From Octopus vulgaris (lineage: Eukaryota), in assembly GCA_951406725.2 (NCBI GenBank), contig OX597836.1:23684001-23748000 (forward strand): a DNA stretch of 64,000 nt, read 5' to 3'. The notes beneath the pieces are model-generated. The model saw only the letters and a list, made by a program, of their open reading frames with translations. It was not told the origin of the DNA and ran no database searches. Below, piece by piece: positions 27,236-38,564 of this stretch; the first letter of the stretch is position 1, and each line of letters opens with the position of its first letter. The translations under genes were made by a program, and so were the position numbers.

Positions 27236-27361
27236 TATGATCTTTTGAAGGTCATAGTACAGCATGTTCACTGGTCAACTGTATGAAATTATTAACAGAA
27301 AAAAAAACTGGGTGTATTTCGTATGTTTGACATCTTGAATTTGAATAGTTGGTTGGTATTT

Positions 27362-27838
27362 GAAGATTGCGAACAACTGATGATGGATCAATGTACTTAC
27401 AGATTGCTATCTACTGCTCATGAACCAATCTACAGATTGCTATATACCGATGGTTAACCAATGAGCCAGCAAATTGTTGCGCACTGAATCAAAGTAATTG
27501 TAGATTGCTCTCTACCGACAACAATCTGCAATCTATCGATATTGAATCGAAGTACTAACGGCTGCTACATACGAATAATCAACCAATATGTTTGCAGTTT
27601 GCTACCATATGATGCTCAACAAATGTGTTTCCAGACAGCTACCAAATGATGGCGAACGCATATATTTGTAGTTTTCTACCGATTGATAGTGGTGGGCCAA
27701 AATACTTATGACTAATTGCATTACTCTGTTTAGCAACCTATTGGTTGCCGAAAAATGTAAATACAGATTGACACATCATGACTAAGAAGAACCAATGTTG
27801 TAACAGATCGCTACAAACTGATGCTGAGCCAAAGTTTG
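27362..27838. repeat. degenerate ~37-bp minisatellite (~13 units)
   Basis: Recurrent CAGATTGCTA..ACTGATG..GAACCAATGT motif at ~33-40 bp spacing. Confidence 0.6.
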
Positions 27839-27854
27839 AAACAATTAAAGGTCA

Positions 27855-28181
27855 TGAGGTGTCAGAAGCGTTAGTGCGTTAAACAAAATGCTTAGAAGCA
27901 TATCATCCTACATTTTATGTTCCAAGTTCAAATACCACCAAGGTCAACTTTGCTTTTCCTCTTTCAGTGTTGATAAAACAAAGTAGCAAACAAATACTGG
28001 GGGTCGATGTAATCGACTTGACTCCTTCTCTCAGCTTTTTGAGCTTCTGCTAAAATTGGAAACAATTATAAAATTTTTAAATAAAAACAGAAAGTATTTT
28101 TTCGGATTTTGAAACTCTTTACACAACATAACATATAAGTATGAAGGTTTGAGTTGTATGAATATGCATGCTTGTATGTGA

Positions 28182-28241
<60 letters not shown>

Positions 28242-28440
28242 CAGACAGCAACCTGGCATAACCTTTAGCACGCTTGGCAAAATGCTTCGCGGCATTTCAA
28301 CTGTGTTTACATTTTGAGGTCCACTTTATCTTTCACCCTCTTGTGGTCGATAGAATAAGTACCAGTGGAGTACTGGGGCTGATGAAATTGATTTACTTCC
28401 CCGCCAGAACGTGCTGACAGTGTGCCAACATTTGAAATCT
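27855..28440 (+). mobile_element. two decayed family B SINEs (~27855-28065, ~28248-28440)
   Basis: Core GGTCAACTTTGC..GGGGTCGAT and head TTAGCACGC..GCAAAATGCT. Confidence 0.65.
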
Positions 28441-28454
28441 ATATAATATATAAC

Positions 28455-28855
28455 TTTTACTTGTTGCAGTCATTAGACTGAGGCCATGCTGAGGCACCAC
28501 CTTGAGGAGTTTTTAACCGAATGAGTTGACCTCAGTATATATTTTTTTTAAAATATAAATCCGGTTATTATTCTATCGGTTTCTTTGCTGAACAGCTAAT
28601 TTACAGGGACAAACACACGAACTCCGGTTGTCAAGCAGTTTTGGGTGACAAAACAGACACAAAAGCATACACACAAATATATAAATACGACGGGCTTCTT
28701 TCAGTTTCCGCCTACCAAATCCACTCACAACGCTTTAGTCCGCTGGAGGCTATAACAGAAGACACTCACCCAAGGTGCTACTCAGTGCGACTGAAGTCGG
28801 AACTATTTGGTTGGGAAGCAAGCTTCTTAAAGCTTCTTACCACATAGCCACGCCC
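28455..28855 (-). mobile_element. SINE family A, diverged
   Basis: Homology to 10034-10450. Confidence 0.8.
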
Positions 28856-30526
28856 ACACCCCACGTACATATAAAACTCAGCTAAAAGCGAAAATAGCAG
28901 CAACAATTTTCTGACACGAAAATGCTGTAAGGGAGTTAAGGACATTTAGACACGTGCCCATTTTCACTTGGTGAACTGTGCTATAAATTATATGAAAATA
29001 GGAGTAAATTCGGTTTATATCTTAGATTGAATAATATCCACTTCTGTTTAACCGATGATGATGAGGGACAAAAAAAAAAGAGAGAAAGAAAACTGTTCTT
29101 TTTGACAATCTTTTTTTGAGATCGTAAATCGAGATACTCCTGGTTTGTTATAACTGAAAATTCACATTTTTTATCCGCACAAAGCGATTGTTGTGAACAT
29201 TTTCTTTGATCAGAACATTGCTATAATAGTTTTTTTGTTATCGTGCTTCATTTATTTTTTCCGAGTGCGTGGGAAATCACAGATATTTTGAATAGAACTT
29301 ATAAAAGAATCTGTATTCTATAAATTCCCCCTTACAATACACATAATACAAATGTAATTAAAGAATCATTAATTTTGTTACTAATGTTATCATACTTGAT
29401 ACGCCCACAATCGTTTTTGTGTTAGTTTCTCATTCTTATTTCTGTTTGTAAGAGTTTGCAATCTGATCATAGACTGAAGCTCTTGCCAAGGAATTTCACC
29501 TGAAACGTTTTCCTTTGGTAAAGCACAGATCATTGTAACTATAAACAGAACACACGTATAGTCTGTCATTGTTTCGAGTCGAATACGGTGGTTGATAGGA
29601 TCTACTAAGCAATCACTTCAAAATTGCCGGTTTTGTGCTTAAGTTAAAAGTAGATATTGAAGAAACACAAAGTCGACCTTGATGAGATGTAAACTCGGAA
29701 TGTAAAGAATAAAAAAAAAAAACAAGATCACAGGACATTTTTGGTATTTTTTGTGGTTCTTTACAGTCCGAGTTCAAATCCTGCCGAGGTTAACTTTGCC
29801 TTTCATCCATTGGAGATCTATAAAACAAAGTACCATTCATGTACGGGAGTCAAATAAATTGGCTAAACCCCTTCCCATAATATTGCTATTTCAGAAAAGA
29901 ATTATGATCGATGGACTGGTGCTAGTGAATAGGAGGATATTAATTTTCCTTTATTTACCGTTGAGTTCGATATTGGCTTTAATCCTTCTAGGGTCGATAA
30001 AATAAAGCACCAGATAAGTACTGAAATCCATATAATCAAGTGTCCTCTCTTCCTATTAAAATCTGTGACTTGCATCTACTTAAGAAAACATTCTTTATAC
30101 TATATTCTCCATATCTGATTGTTTCCATTCGTTGCTTTTCGTTACATTTCATGTAAAACATCCACCGTTTCGTAATCTGCCCTAGTAATGATTGATGATT
30201 GCGTTTTATAAGCCTTGTGAAAATAAATCCAAATAAATAGATCTTTAAATCCAATGTAATGTTTCTTTACATGTATAAGCATAATTCTTTATAAAAAGAC
30301 TGCTTTCAGAAATACGCACTAATTATTTAAGTAAACGTGGCTTAAACGTATATGTTCATATATAATTGTGATGCAAATACAAAAAGGTAATAGTAATTCC
30401 CTTATATTTTGCTTGTTGGGCCTAGGGGAAAGGAATAGTGCCACAAGATCGCTGAGAGAAAGACAAGCAAAAAGTCGACGTTCTAGGAAACCAGTCATTA
30501 GAACGGCCGGGTATATGGGAGCTAAG

Positions 30527-30926
30527 ATAAATTTTTCTCCTCTAGGCACAAGGCCCGAAATTTTTGGGGAGGGAGCCAGTTGATTAGATTGACCCCAGTA
30601 CGCAAGTGGTACTTAATCTATCGACCCCGGAAGGATGAAAGGCAAAGTGGATCTCGTCGGAATTTGAACTCAGAATGTAAAGACAGACAAAATACCTATT
30701 TCATTACTACCCACAGGGGTTAAACACAGAGAGGACAAACAAGGACAGACAAACGGATTAAGTTGATTATATCGACCCCAGTGCGTAACTGGTACTTAAT
30801 TTATCGACCCCGAAAGGATGAAAGGCAAAGTCGACCTCGGCGGAATTTGAACTCGGAACGTAACGACATACGAAATACACCTACGCATTTCGCCCGTCGT
30901 GCTAACGTTTCTGCCAGCTCGCCGCC
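30527..30926 (-). mobile_element. dimeric family B SINE with 13-bp TSD
   Basis: Two core domains (~30615-30670 and ~30800-30855) inside one TSD TATGGGAGCTAAG (30514-30526, 30927-30939). Confidence 0.88.
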
Positions 30927-31199
30927 TATGGGAGCTAAGCTGTAACAATTGTAATGATAAAAAAGAGAGACCTGTGAGATGAGAGTGCTTGAGTCCAGCC
31001 AGCATAAACGCCATTAAAGTATCAGTAGGAAAGGAATTGGAAGAAGACAACATGCATGTGGACCAGGGGTTGAAACGCTGATGGTGACCGACTTTATGCT
31101 AATCAATCGGTCGGTTCCTTCGTAGATCCTGTCTAGGATTCCTGTATGTGTAATTGCACCACTGTCCCGGATATAAGTGTAATGGTCCATTGTGGCCAT

Positions 31200-31525
31200 C
31201 ACTTGAGTTTCGTAAGAGTCTCAATAATTGGCCACCACTACCTGACTTCTATCGTTTAGAAAATCATGTAGCTATTCTCCAAGTTTTCTAACTGCACCAA
31301 GATTACGCAGCTTGTGACAAATCATACCATGGTCGACTTTGTCAAAGGCTTTTGAAAAGTCGCGGTATATCACATCCATATTTGAGTTGTTGAGCAACTG
31401 CTTTAGCACCCAGTCGTAATGTTGCAAGAGCTGTGTCAGGCAGCTATTACCTGGTCGGAAACTGTGTTGGGTGCCTGTCTCTTCAAGGAATGCAATTAAT
31501 TTCCTTCGGACTATTCGTTGCAGGA
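31200..31525 (-). pseudogene. CR1/Jockey-group LINE RT fragment
   Basis: QHSFRPGNSCLTQLLQHYD...DVIYRDFSKAFDKVDHG..CHKL...LHDFLNDRSQVVVAN. Confidence 0.85.
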
Positions 31526-31554
31526 CTCAGGCTTCTCTGTCTGCTCTTTCCTTC

Positions 31555-31915
31555 TCAAAGGAGTGCTTCAGTTGTTTCTCAATCCCAACACTGCCATCAG
31601 GATACAGGACCAAATGCTGCAACAACTTGGGCTTCAAGGGCCCACAGCTCTTCGGTATCGCCCCACAAAACCTGAGAGACCTGTACGACGTGTATGTTGG
31701 CGTTTTCAAAACAAAACTGGATCTCCTTCTGTCAAGACTTCCAGATGAACCTACCGTAAGGCAAGAAATACAGGTTAGGACAGCAACGTTAAACTCCCTC
31801 ATCCGATAAATGTCACACATCAGAGGAGGTTTAGTGAAAGTGTACCAAAGCAAATGATAGTAGCCCAGTATGACCGCAGTCCTCGGACTGGAACTAAAAA
31901 AGAAAGAAAGAAAGA
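31555..31915 (+). pseudogene. CR1-group LINE 3' end (opposite strand to adjacent RT piece)
   Basis: GPQLFGIAPQNLRDL..VFKTKLDLLLSRLPDEP...RTATLNSL, then short UTR and A-rich (AAAG)n tail. Confidence 0.75.
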
Positions 31916-32281
31916 ATATCTCCCTCTTGTATTCCTAGCCTTTCCCCTTCCCCTTCATCCACTTCCCTCTTCTTTTCTCTGTCGCTCCTTCTCCTTGGTG
32001 TCTTTCTTCTCTGCCAGCTACTGTCACGTGACCAGCGGCCTTTCTTAGACTGGTCCCTTAGCTGACCAGTCGCAAATTCTGTCTCTCCGTCCTCCATCCT
32101 TCAACACATTATCTAAGTGTTACCCACTATTCTCGTCTCCTTGACCCTAAGACTATAATTTAGCCGACTGTTTGACCTCGTCCACCGTTCGAAATCACAC
32201 TCTGTGTCGTTTTGCTTGCTTTGTTTGTTCTTGTCCCTAATTCTACGCAAGAAAACTTTTTGCGTGTGTATGTATATAAAA

Positions 32282-32313
<32 letters not shown>

Positions 32314-33007
32314 CTAGCATTAAAGACCCGTCGTTGCCGGGTCATAGTGCTAGTGCATGTATATATGTGTATAGATATGTGTACATATTACATGTACATC
32401 TATATATATACATCTACACATAAAATACAAAATACAAAGCTATATCTTGATATCGCTAGTGATAACAATACTCAAAATATATAACAGACTGGAATTGTTA
32501 GCCCGTCTCTTGTAATTTCGATCAATTGTATCTTGTCCTCCCTCTTGTATAGAGGTGTGGCTACAATCCAGCCTACCTCTACTTCTGGGGAGGGGGGGCA
32601 TTAAACATTTTTTCCGGGACGTCCTACATCCCAGATATAAAGGTAAAAATAAAATATTTCCACTTTGCAAGTTCGAGTCGAGTACTCCCTTGCACGCTCC
32701 GTTGACTCGAACCTTGCTTCTATTGTGGCGAATTTGTCCATGAAACTACATGTAAGGCATGTATAAAATTTGAATGAAATTGGTTGTGTAGTTCTCAAGT
32801 TTTAGGGAATCGTAGTGGAGAAGATATGATATTGCTGTGGGCTCGCTCTAGGCAAAGTGTTAAAACATTTTTTGCCGATGACACTCCCCGGACCATAAGT
32901 AAGGCATGTCTAAAATTTGAATGAAATTGGTTGTGTAGTTCTCAAGTTTTAGGGAAACACACAGACAGACAGACACACACACATTCTCAGTTTTATATAT
33001 ATAAAGA
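32314..33007 (-). mobile_element. complete non-autonomous Helitron
   Basis: Minus strand begins A|TCTTTATATATATAAAACTGAG and ends GACCCG-GCAACGA-CGGGTC hairpin ... CTAG|T; internal direct repeat AAAATTTGAATGAAATTGGTTGTGTAGTTCTCAAGTTTTAGGGAA; inserted in (TA)n without TSD. Confidence 0.85.
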
Positions 33008-33018
33008 TATATATATAA

Positions 33019-33059
<41 letters not shown>

Positions 33060-33176
33060 TACAATAAATTCAGGGTGAAAACTTGATAAGTGTAAGCATC
33101 TGTATATGCCAGCTAGTAGCAGAGGTGAGAGGGTATATGCATCAAATGAAATAAAAAGCAGAACACAAAGGATGTC

Positions 33177-33268
33177 GCGGTACACGTGTTTCAAGCTTTA
33201 TAAAACAACCTATTCTTACATCAATGTATAATCGACATAACAGATGGTTTAAAGCTCTCTTCAGCCGC
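33177..33268 (-). ncRNA. type I hammerhead ribozyme with long stem II
   Basis: GCGG CUGAAGA GAGCUUUA...UAAAGCUU GAAAC ACGU GUA CCGC. Confidence 0.72.
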
Positions 33269-33479
33269 ATGCAATTGCTATATCAAAGACTTACATCACA
33301 TTATGAAAAATCCGAAAATTTACATTTGGTATTATGTATAATCGTGGGTATATAATCCGAAAATGTACATTTGGAATCATCTATAATGGTGGGTATATAT
33401 CCACCATTATAGATAATACCAAATGTACATTTTCGGATTTTTCATAATGTGATGTAAGGCTTTGATATAGCAATTGCAT

Positions 33480-33571
33480 GCAGCTGAAGAGAGCTTTAAA
33501 CCATCTGTTATGTCGATTATACATTGATGTAAGAATAGGTTGTTTTATAAAGCTTGAAACACGTGTACCAC
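33480..33571 (+). ncRNA. type I hammerhead copy with stem I disrupted
   Basis: GCAG CUGAAGA...GAAAC ACGU GUA CCAC; two CpG->CpA changes break stem I. Confidence 0.55.
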
Positions 33572-33606
33572 GACATCCTTTGTGTTCTGCTTTTTATTTC
33601 ATTTGA

Positions 33607-33667
<61 letters not shown>

Positions 33668-34219
33668 TAAATGAAGGGTGTAAAATGGCACCGTCGATTG
33701 TTAAAAGTGAGAGTCAGAATTTAACTCTAAAAGCCACAAAAAACACTAACCTCATTATATTTACAGGAAGCGGGCACAGCAAGCTAAACGAACTTTCGTT
33801 TGTGAGATAAACTCACAGAAAGAAAAAGTTGGACTAAGCCTTGTAACGTGATTTCGAAATTTAACCAGTATGGTCTTCTTTCTCGTTAGAGGCATCCACC
33901 AACTACTCAGGGTTAAAGAGATAGGTCGCCTCATTGTAGTTCATGAGAAGAGAAAAATCGTGGATATCTCTGACGAGGAACGAGACCCTACTGAAAAGGT
34001 GGGATTTTCGGGCAAAAATATAGATCAGTGAACACCAACTTTACAGATACAATGTGTAAGTAAAGCAGCTAAAACTTGCAGAACTTTTCTAAAGCTCTAC
34101 CTGTTATAAGTTTTGCTGTTATTCAAGTTCGAATGATGGAACCTTTTTGTCTTTGTTTGAAATCAGCTCCTTCATTCTAAAAAGACTTCCAATTAATGAA
34201 ATTAAAATTGTAAAGACTT

Positions 34220-34269
<50 letters not shown>

Positions 34270-34307
34270 GCATGCACATGCATACATACATATGTTGTGT
34301 GTGTGAA

Positions 34308-34339
<32 letters not shown>

Positions 34340-35934
34340 TGTATGTGTGTGTGTACTTGAATGTTATTCAGAACATTAATATTTTATCTAATGCATATAA
34401 AGCTACAATACGAAGATATTATTTCACTTCAATTGCACGAGCCTGCTGAAACTTGTTCAATTCGACATTTTGTTGAAAGACCATCTGAACGCTGATCAAA
34501 GATATTTCAACTAACGTAGATCAAAGACATTTCATCGACTCAATTAAAAATGATTTCTCGAAACAATATGTTCTTTTGATTCTCAGTTCCTGAGTGCAAC
34601 CTACAAATGTTATTTTGTATGAATAATCTTTTTAAAATATTTTTACTGTTCACAATGAAATATAATAAACAAGCCAAAACAAAATGAAAACAATATGAAA
34701 TATACAATATTGATATTCATATGCTTTAAAAGGCAGCTAACATAATATTTACTTATGAACCTTTTATTATTTATTCCCAATATTGATTACTTACATTGAC
34801 ACAACAGATCAGACTTTATATGCGATGTAGAATTAGAGCGGGAAACATTTACGCCTTTGTCAAAGTGTTAACAGAGTAAGTGAAGTGAAACAACTCTTAG
34901 CAAAAATCGAATGTAACTAACGAATCCGGCTCGTCGGAAGTTCACTTCTATTATATAGTTCGGAGTATTACATTTATTCCAACTGGAAAATAAAAATAAC
35001 CTATTTAGTTTGAAGTTTCTAATTCAGCTATCTACAGAACCAAGTCACAAGGTGGATAGTATTTAATGTATCAATAGACAACAGTTTTGCTAGGATTGCG
35101 ATTAAAACTTATTGAAAACAAAATATTGTATATGCCGCCTGCCTGAACTGTGTTCCTTATAATTCAGTTTCATTCGTTGCAGTTTACCGTGAGATTTACG
35201 TGCCTCAGAAAAAGATAAATGTGAAAAAAATCAATAGTATAGAAGGCAACACGAATTCAATGACGATTGTGAAACCTCAATTTTTCCATTACTTGTGTGC
35301 ACAAAGCCGGACATTGTCTCAGAAAAGAAACGTGGATAGTATCAAATTCATTTTTAAAACCATTTCATTGGAGTACCTAATATATTTTAGTTAAAATACT
35401 GCACTTGATAATCTTCATTTTTTTCTATAATGTCCAAAACTCGTACCGTACAGTCCAATTACAGCGCAGCTTCATTACGACAAAATGGGACAGACGGCCA
35501 CTTATTAGCTTATAAATATAGTCGTAAATTATATATGTATATATAACTCCAAGCTCTCCTGGAGTAAAGAAGGCATGTCAGTAAAGAGGTAACAAATGAC
35601 GTCGAAAGGACTAACTTACTGAGTAAGCAAATGGTTACCGAAACAATCGATTTGTTAGTATTAAAAAAAATTAACCAATTAACGAATAATAAAGCATTGA
35701 AATTGAACCTGTGCGTGTGTTTATTATTGGCATAATGAATCTCTTGATATATAAAAGGATTGGTTTCAACACACGAATTCACATCATGAATCTTGCAAAC
35801 TATATACAAAACCGAAACATACATACGTACATACATACATACATACATGCATACCTACATACATACATACATACATACATACATGCATGCATACATGCAT
35901 GTGTACATATTATATATATATATATATATATATA

Positions 35935-36316
35935 TCTTCTTTTATTCTTTTGCTTCATTCATTTGACTGCGTCCATGCTGGAGCACCCTTATTGAAGGGT
36001 TTTCGTTGAACAGTCGATACCAGGACTTATTTTTAAAGCCTTGTACTAATTTTATCGATCTCTTTTACCGAACTGCTAATTTACGGAGACGTAAACACAC
36101 CAACACCGAGTCAAGCGGTGAAAGAGATACACACACACATGCAAACATATGTACGACTGGCTTCTTCCAGTTTCCGTCAGCTAAATCCACACACAAGTCT
36201 TTGGTCAGCACGAGACTATAGTAGAAGACACTTGCCCAAGGTACCACGCAGTGGGACTGAACCCAGAACTATGTGGTTGGGAAGCAAGCATTTTACCACA
36301 CAACCACGCCTGCGCC
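35935..36316 (-). mobile_element. SINE family A
   Basis: Homology to 10034-10450. Confidence 0.85.
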
Positions 36317-36499
36317 TCCCCGCAGCCATGAGTACAGTGGATATTGTGAGCACAGTTAGACATACGGCTGATACTGGAGAATTTAGAGCTATCAGCATCC
36401 AGTGTACTTCTGGTAGTTAGTTATATTGTCGATTATGTTATACAGAGCAAATGCAGGAAAAATATGATAAACACAATACGCAATTAATGCCATTTGTTC

Positions 36500-37590
36500 T
36501 CTATGCACATTTCACGTATAAGTGTGTTTGTATCCTCTGCAAATGTCTATCATTTCATCTGCATTTACACCCATGTCTCTTGAGGCATTTTGCAGCAGGT
36601 CTTCATCACTATCTATCAAATACTCATCAAACGTTCTCCTTTCACTCCTTATACAATGGTCTATACTAATTAATCCTCTGCCACCATTCTTTCTTTTCGT
36701 ATACAATCTGTTTACGTTTGCTTTAGGGTGTAGCGCCCCATGCAGCGTCATCAACTTTCCCGTCCTTTTATCCAGTGTTGATATTTCCTCCTTAGTCCCT
36801 TTTGAGGATGGATGCACTATATCTGGCCACGGCACCTGCCCAGATATTCATTGCTGTAATCAAATTTTTGGCAATAAGGTTGGATTTCAACGCCTTCCCC
36901 CCCCTTTTCGATATGCCTCACTGACCTTGACTTCTATTTCTCTGTGTAGAATGTCATCAAGCTCCAAAATCCCTAAATACCTATACCCACTACCGTCGGG
37001 TTGACCCATGGTCTCTCTTGATGGTAACCGCAATCCTCTGCAGGTTGATTTCTTACTTCTTTTCATATTAAGTACTGAGCATTTGGTGATCCCAAATTCC
37101 ATACCGATGTCCCTACCACTCTTCTAAACTGTTTTGGTTAAGGAATCTATCTGTTTTTCAGATTTCCCAAACAATTTCAGGCCATTCATAAACAGAAGAT
37201 GGTTCAAAGATGGTCCTTTTTTCCCACATCGGTAACCCATCTTAACTTTCCTAAGTGTCATTATAATGGGTATTAGTGCAATTGCAAAATGTAACGGAGA
37301 AAACGAGTCTCCTTGGAAGATTACCCTTTTAATATTAACTTCTCCAAGGAATACATTATATGAGTACAACTTGGCTTTCGACTCTCTCATGCTATGAAAA
37401 TTTTCAAGAGTTCTCGGGGTACCAAGGATCACCTGGTCATTGATAAAACTGTTTTGAGGCATTGTAAAAAACATCATACAAACATGTCTATGGCTTGAAT
37501 TGACTTTAAGAAGTCATGTGATATGGTGCCTCATTCTTGGATCACTGAATGTCTACAGATATTTGGTGTTGCTGACAACATCACAAATTT
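36500..37590 (-). pseudogene. R4/Dong-like non-LTR retrotransposon RT fragment (copy 1)
   Basis: IDFKKSCDMVPHSWI.ECL (plus strand, 37499-37590); VIFQGDSFSPLHF; LNHLLFMNGLKLFG; MEFGITKC; YRYLGILE; LDKRTGKLMTLHGALHPKANVNRLYTKRKNGGRGL. Confidence 0.85.
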
Positions 37591-37609
37591 TTATTGTTGT
37601 TGTTGTTGT

Positions 37610-37742
37610 TGGTCGACTTTGCCTTTCATCCTTTCGAGGTCGATAAATTAAGTACCAGTAAAACACTGGGGTTGATGTAATCGACTAGTCCCCTCCACTA
37701 AGATTTCAGGCCTTATGCCTTTATTGGAAAAGATTATTATTA
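37610..37742 (+). mobile_element. family B SINE 3' fragment
   Basis: GGTCGACTTTGCCTTTCATCCTTTCGAGGTCGAT core and tail. Confidence 0.8.
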
Positions 37743-37759
37743 TTTTCATATCTAACATA

Positions 37760-38497
37760 CTCAGCTTATTGCTGGAGCTGTCTTTACTATGCCAGCTGTT
37801 CACTTCCTGTGATCTAAGGTGGTAATTCCTCTTCAAGTTTCCTGAAATTATTGGATACTCTATGCACGGCGAAGTAATGCTATTTTATGGATATGTTCTA
37901 TTTTCGTTTTTATTTCCGTCACTTCCAACCAATCTTTCTTTTTTATTTGTTTACACACTGTACTCAAGGTATCAGCAATTATTGGAACAGTATACACTCA
38001 TTCCACTGACCACAGGTTTTCACTTATTTTTTCTCATAAGGTGTAGCCTGTCAACGTCACTTTAAGAGTTGAATGCACCGAGTATTGGCAGTAGTTTTCT
38101 TGCTTTCTAATCCAAGGATTGCAGTTCCTTTGTTCACCATTGTGGCACTCCTGTCCATATCTCAAGTGAGCAATTGCCCATGAATTTATTGCTTCGGACT
38201 TATTTCTTCCATTCAATTTAGTTTTCAAAATCAGTTTCAGCCTTCCGTAATACACCCGATAAAATATCTTGATGCCTTTCCATCAATTTACCTACTTCCT
38301 ATATGCCCAGATACCTGAATTCTTACTTGCATATTTTCTTGCTCCTGTGGGCAACTTCTAACCATCCGTTTATTGAACACTGCCTCTTCACACTTTCGCA
38401 GTTCAAACTCTATTCTAATGTTCGTGTTGAAGTAATGCACTGTTTGAATCAGTGAATTAAGCTGGTTTTATTTTTCTTATAGGCCGCCTATAAAAAA

Positions 38498-38564
<67 letters not shown>

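Larger units (their letters stand above)
33134..33614. repeat. ~480-bp near-perfect palindrome with a hammerhead in each arm (PLE-like inverted pseudo-LTR)
   Basis: Arms are reverse complements from TATATGCATCAAATG to the centre near 33396; 45-bp internal duplication at 33310-33399. Confidence 0.9.

Noticed and set aside
33744-34060. Candidate exon (CTAAC branch point, TTTACAG acceptor, later GTAAGT)
   Set aside because: No sustained ORF or recognisable protein; such signals arise by chance and would need RNA-seq support
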